Source of the DNA: Octopus sinensis
Lineage: Eukaryota
Assembly (NCBI RefSeq): GCF_006345805.1
Contig: NC_043017.1
Location: forward strand, 3,534,001 to 3,598,000
Direction of reading: 5' to 3'
Length of the DNA stretch: 64,000 bases
A program made the position numbers and the translations under genes. The notes under the pieces were generated by a model. The model did no database searches. It had not been told where the DNA came from and saw only the letters and a list, made by a program, of their open reading frames with translations. Positions 59,871 through 64,000 of this stretch are shown here, piece after piece. Positions within the stretch are counted from its first letter, which is position 1. Each line of letters starts with the position of its first letter.

Positions 59871-62716
59871 TCCCTCACTTCCTATCTCTTTTTACCTACA
59901 TTTCTCACTCCTAACTATGTCTAACATTCTTTTTGCCTTTTATGGTTTTTGATTTCTGAATGCACATATGCAATTTTATGACATAGGTATGTCTAGCATA
60001 GTACCCATAAGAAAATGACAGTTTATTTCTGTTTCCCTTCAGTAATTCTTAATTTTTCTACTCCAAAGCCCTTCTCCATTTTCTTCTTGTGTTTCATTTT
60101 GTCTTCTTTCAGTTATTCTTTTTATTTTGAAACTTGTATTTGTTTCTTATCATTTTGGATCATTCTTGCTCTGAAATTCATATCGAGTGATAATCTATGA
60201 TAATCTATGTCTTCTTTCTGTTGGTTGAAGTCAGGCAGTTTCTTCTCTATGACCAAGAACCTCATCATCACTTTAACTGGCAACTACTCGTTGCCTGTTT
60301 TGAAAATTCACCTCTTCTCTTCCTTACTTTCATCCACTCACACACTCACTTTTTTTTCTTCATTTTCACTCACTCATTCATTCAAATACTCCCTTATATC
60401 TCCTCTTCTTTCTTCTCTCAATCGAAGTCTTTCTTCACCTTTTCATTTCCGAATGTCTTCCTTGTCACATTCTCATATCATACACAAATTCATTTCTCTC
60501 TCCCTTTCTTTTGCTATGATTCCCCAATTAATTTCCTCCATTTCCAAACCTCTGTTATTCTACCCTCTTACTTCTCCACCACCAACTCTCTATTACCCAC
60601 TTTTTTACTTTATCTTATTCTGTCACTATTTCTTCCTCACTCACTCTTTCTCAATCTCTCTCTATATTTCACTCTCTACACACATGACTGCTCATCGACT
60701 GCTGAATATTTCCACTCTCCTCTGTCCCCCAAAACACAGCTGCTATTTCTCCTTCCACGTTTCTGTCTTTTGATAGAAAGTATGTGTGTGTGTGTGTGTG
60801 TGTAATGTACATATTTTATTTTGCATTTTTACTTGAAATTATAACATCATGTAGAAGTTAGTCTCTCTGCTGATAGTAACCATAAGTACTGTAGGTTTAA
60901 ATTAACAGCTTGTATGATATATTAGAGAGAACAATAGCTGGTTCTTGCTGAAGCTGCTGAGTTGAGCTGGTCCTCATTTGACTTCCAAGTTGAGCAATAA
61001 TCTATCAAACCGATGATCAAAAGTCTTCCACCTGTGACTACCTTTTGTTTTAAAGACTGTGATTTGAGAAAGATTTTGCTGCTGTTTCTAACAGGTCAAC
61101 TGACCACATCCAAGCTCCCTTGTTGGCTTCCCATAGCCAACATTTAAATTATGTATGCAATTAATAAGCATACATTACACAATTAATAATCCAGAAATTT
61201 ATCCATAATCTTTGCATGTGACTAGATTTTTTCGATTACTTCTGCTAGTAATCTTCTCAGACTCGACATTTCTCTTTTCTGAAAGGTTTATAATCATAGA
61301 TTAGAAAGAGAAAAAAGAAAATGTGACATATTAGTGAGATTTTTGGGGGTTTTCATTTCTAAAACTTTTTAAATAATGTATGATCTATGGCTGGAATTAT
61401 TTTGGGTTTATAAAGCCAAAAGTTGGTGAGATATGTTATCATTTAAGCACCAATAATTAAGACTAATTTTATCTCCATGCTGTTGCTAACAGATTCGTTT
61501 AACACAACCATTGCCTCTTCTAATTATACCCATTGTATAATGAGCTACCATTAGCAATTTCTAGCAAAGTTTACTAGTGACAATATGACATTCTTAAGTA
61601 GGTAACTGGTCATTGCTTGAATATTTTTTCGTTGATTACTATTCACCATAGTTATGTTTCCCCGTATGAAAGGTAACTGACCGTTAAAAACTTTTGTTTA
61701 AGAAGGAACTCCTTACCACTATTACTTGAACTTCATACAGTAACTACCTATTATCAGCTTTTGTTTTTTTAAGCATTTACTTGGCCAACCAGCAATTTGT
61801 GGGAGGACCCATCTAGTTGAAGACTCATTGCCAACGAAGCCCACCCACACATCTCACCGAGTAATGCCTGCCAGCTTATGGAAACAGGCACAAATGACAT
61901 GCCAACGAAAGAGACTTTATGTGGTTGTTTGAGCTGCTAGAAATAACAGTCAAATCTCCCTGAAACCATACCTATTTCTTTACTACTCACAAGGGGCTAA
62001 ACACAGAGGGGACAAACAAGGACAGACACACGGATTAAATCGATTACATCAACCCCAGTGCATAACTGGTACTTATTTAATCGACCCCGAAAGGATGAAA
62101 GGCAAAGTCAACCACGGCAGAATTTGAACTCAGAAGGTAACGGCAGACGAAATACGGCTACGCATTTCACCCGGCGTGCTAACGTTTCTGCCAGCTCACC
62201 ACCTTTAAACCATACCTACATTTCTTTTTTAAAAAAAGATATAAAGAATAATGTAATCTGGATTCCAAGTGTGACTATTTTCCAATCTTTTCTTTTTTTA
62301 GGACTTTGATTTGAGGGAGAATTTACTGGTATTTCTAACTAACCACATGACTACATATAGATTCCCCTTTGACTTCAAGATATAAATTTCTTTCTGCAAT
62401 TCTAACAAATAAATGTATATTATACTCAATAATCTAGAAAAATATATCTCAAAAAAAAAAAAAAAAGGAATGGTCATTGCTCTGATACTCTTGATGAATA
62501 GGTGCAGGCATGGCTGTGTGGTTAAGAAGTTCACCTTGCAGCTATATAGTTTTGGGTTCAGTCCCACTGCATGGCACTTTGGGTAAGTGTCTTGTACTAT
62601 AGCTGCAGACTGACTGATACCTTGTTCATGAATCTGGTGGGTGGAAAATGTGGAAGCCTGTCATATATATATGTGTATATATATATATTATTATTTGAGG
62701 GAATAAAATCCAAACT

Positions 62717-62749
<33 letters not shown>

Positions 62750-64000
62750 ATATATAAATATATACCTACATGCACACACACACACACAAGCACTAAGGTG
62801 GGCACACAAATGCAAAATAAGGTGGGAAACATAGTACTTGATTATCAAAGGTAGAGTAATATTCTTTTTTTGAAAGTTGAAAGAATCTTCACAAACTGTT
62901 TGTCAGCTTTAACGAAAAGTACCTCTCTCTCTCATATATATATATCACAATACCAGACCATCAGATCCTATTATACACTGCCGGTCACAATGCGCTTCCA
63001 ATTCTGTCAAACTGCCCAACCAATGCCAGCATGGAAAACAGACAAAACAGACATTAGATAATAGTGATGATGTTCATGGGTGGCCTGAGGAAGTTATCAG
63101 TGCCACCAACAATGCAGTGAATTGGCAGTGTCGATTGAACATCAGATAAAATACATTGTGTGGTTTCTTTCAATTCTTTGGACTCTAAGTTCAAACCCAT
63201 CCCTGCTTTCGGGATAAAAATAAATAACTAAATAAATATAAATAAGGTTCAAGTCTGCTGAATGGCAGAATTCTTAAAGGACCGGATGGTTTTTTTTTTT
63301 ATGCCCTGCAGCATCTGTTGCAGTTCTTTACATTCTGACTTCAAATTCTGCTAGGGGTTCATGTTCCATTGGTGGCCAAAGCTAATCATCTGACTATGGG
63401 ACTACAATTGATTATGGAGCTTGCAATGTGTAAAGGGTCGTGGCTGGCTGCTAGATAAAACAGTCAAATGCTAATGACTTAGTTTGTTAACAATATTGTA
63501 CTGAGAAAATCCAAAGGCGTCTTCAGTTATGTGATAATGATGATGATGATCATCATCAATTAACGTCCCTTTTTCTATGGTGGCATAGGCTGGGTGGTTC
63601 AATGAACCAGAGGGCTGGGCAGTTGTGCCAAGCTCCAGTGCCTGCTTTGGCAGAGTTTCTATGACTGGATGTTCTTAATGCCAACCAGTTTATAGTGTGT
63701 ACTGTGTGTGCTTTTTTTTTTGTGTGGCAATAGCCCTTAACGAGATCACCAAGTACCTACATGACAAGACCCCTCATCTGAGTTCGCTATGGTGTTGAAA
63801 GATGTGAAATACGATAGAGTGACAGGAACAGGTGACTTGTTGAAGAAAGGGTGAATATAAGGCTTATCCAACTGGAAAATGAGAGAGAGAGAGAGAGATG
63901 GTGAGGGCATACCTTCAAAAGCCAAGGTGAATATAAGAGAGGAAGATAAATGTGCTAATGTGTGAAAATAGTGTGACATGATTTGAGATGGGGAATGAGT

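Noticed and set aside
59640-60805. Long hydrophobic F/L/S-rich ORFs (60197-60805, 60207-60773, 49657-50070) resembling membrane proteins
   Set aside because: A compositional effect of CT-rich low-complexity DNA; several frames are open at once.
1-64000. CRISPR array, operon or other prokaryotic/viral system
   Set aside because: No regularly spaced repeat-spacer array or gene-dense region; the DNA is intron-rich metazoan sequence.

Overview
Repeat-rich eukaryotic genomic DNA, most likely from an octopus (inferred from the repeat families and microsatellite load; no database check was possible). One gene is well supported: a + strand GNL1 (HSR1/MMR1-type circularly permuted large GTPase). Nine coding exons between 23387 and 57036 splice in frame, with canonical GT-AG boundaries, into 452 aa plus a stop. 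They include DIRHP, G4 NKFD, G1 GYPNVGKS, G3 DCPG and a C-terminal KNPFLNLESD. The N-terminal ~150 aa were not found in the 23 kb upstream. The rest is introns and intergenic DNA filled with tRNA-derived SINEs, LINE 3' fragments (RTE-, L2/Crack- and Tx1-like), mariner/hAT/piggyBac MITEs, Helitron-like elements, Penelope-like fragments and long microsatellites. Almost all ORFs in the supplied track are microsatellite or repeat artefacts. The most interesting observations are two minimal hammerhead-ribozyme motifs, one lying downstream of a tRNA-like Pol III head, several long inverted repeats next to GNL1 exons, a templated insertion flanked by a 94-bp duplication, and a few speculative orphan or micro-exons. 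No prokaryote-type system (CRISPR, operon) is present.
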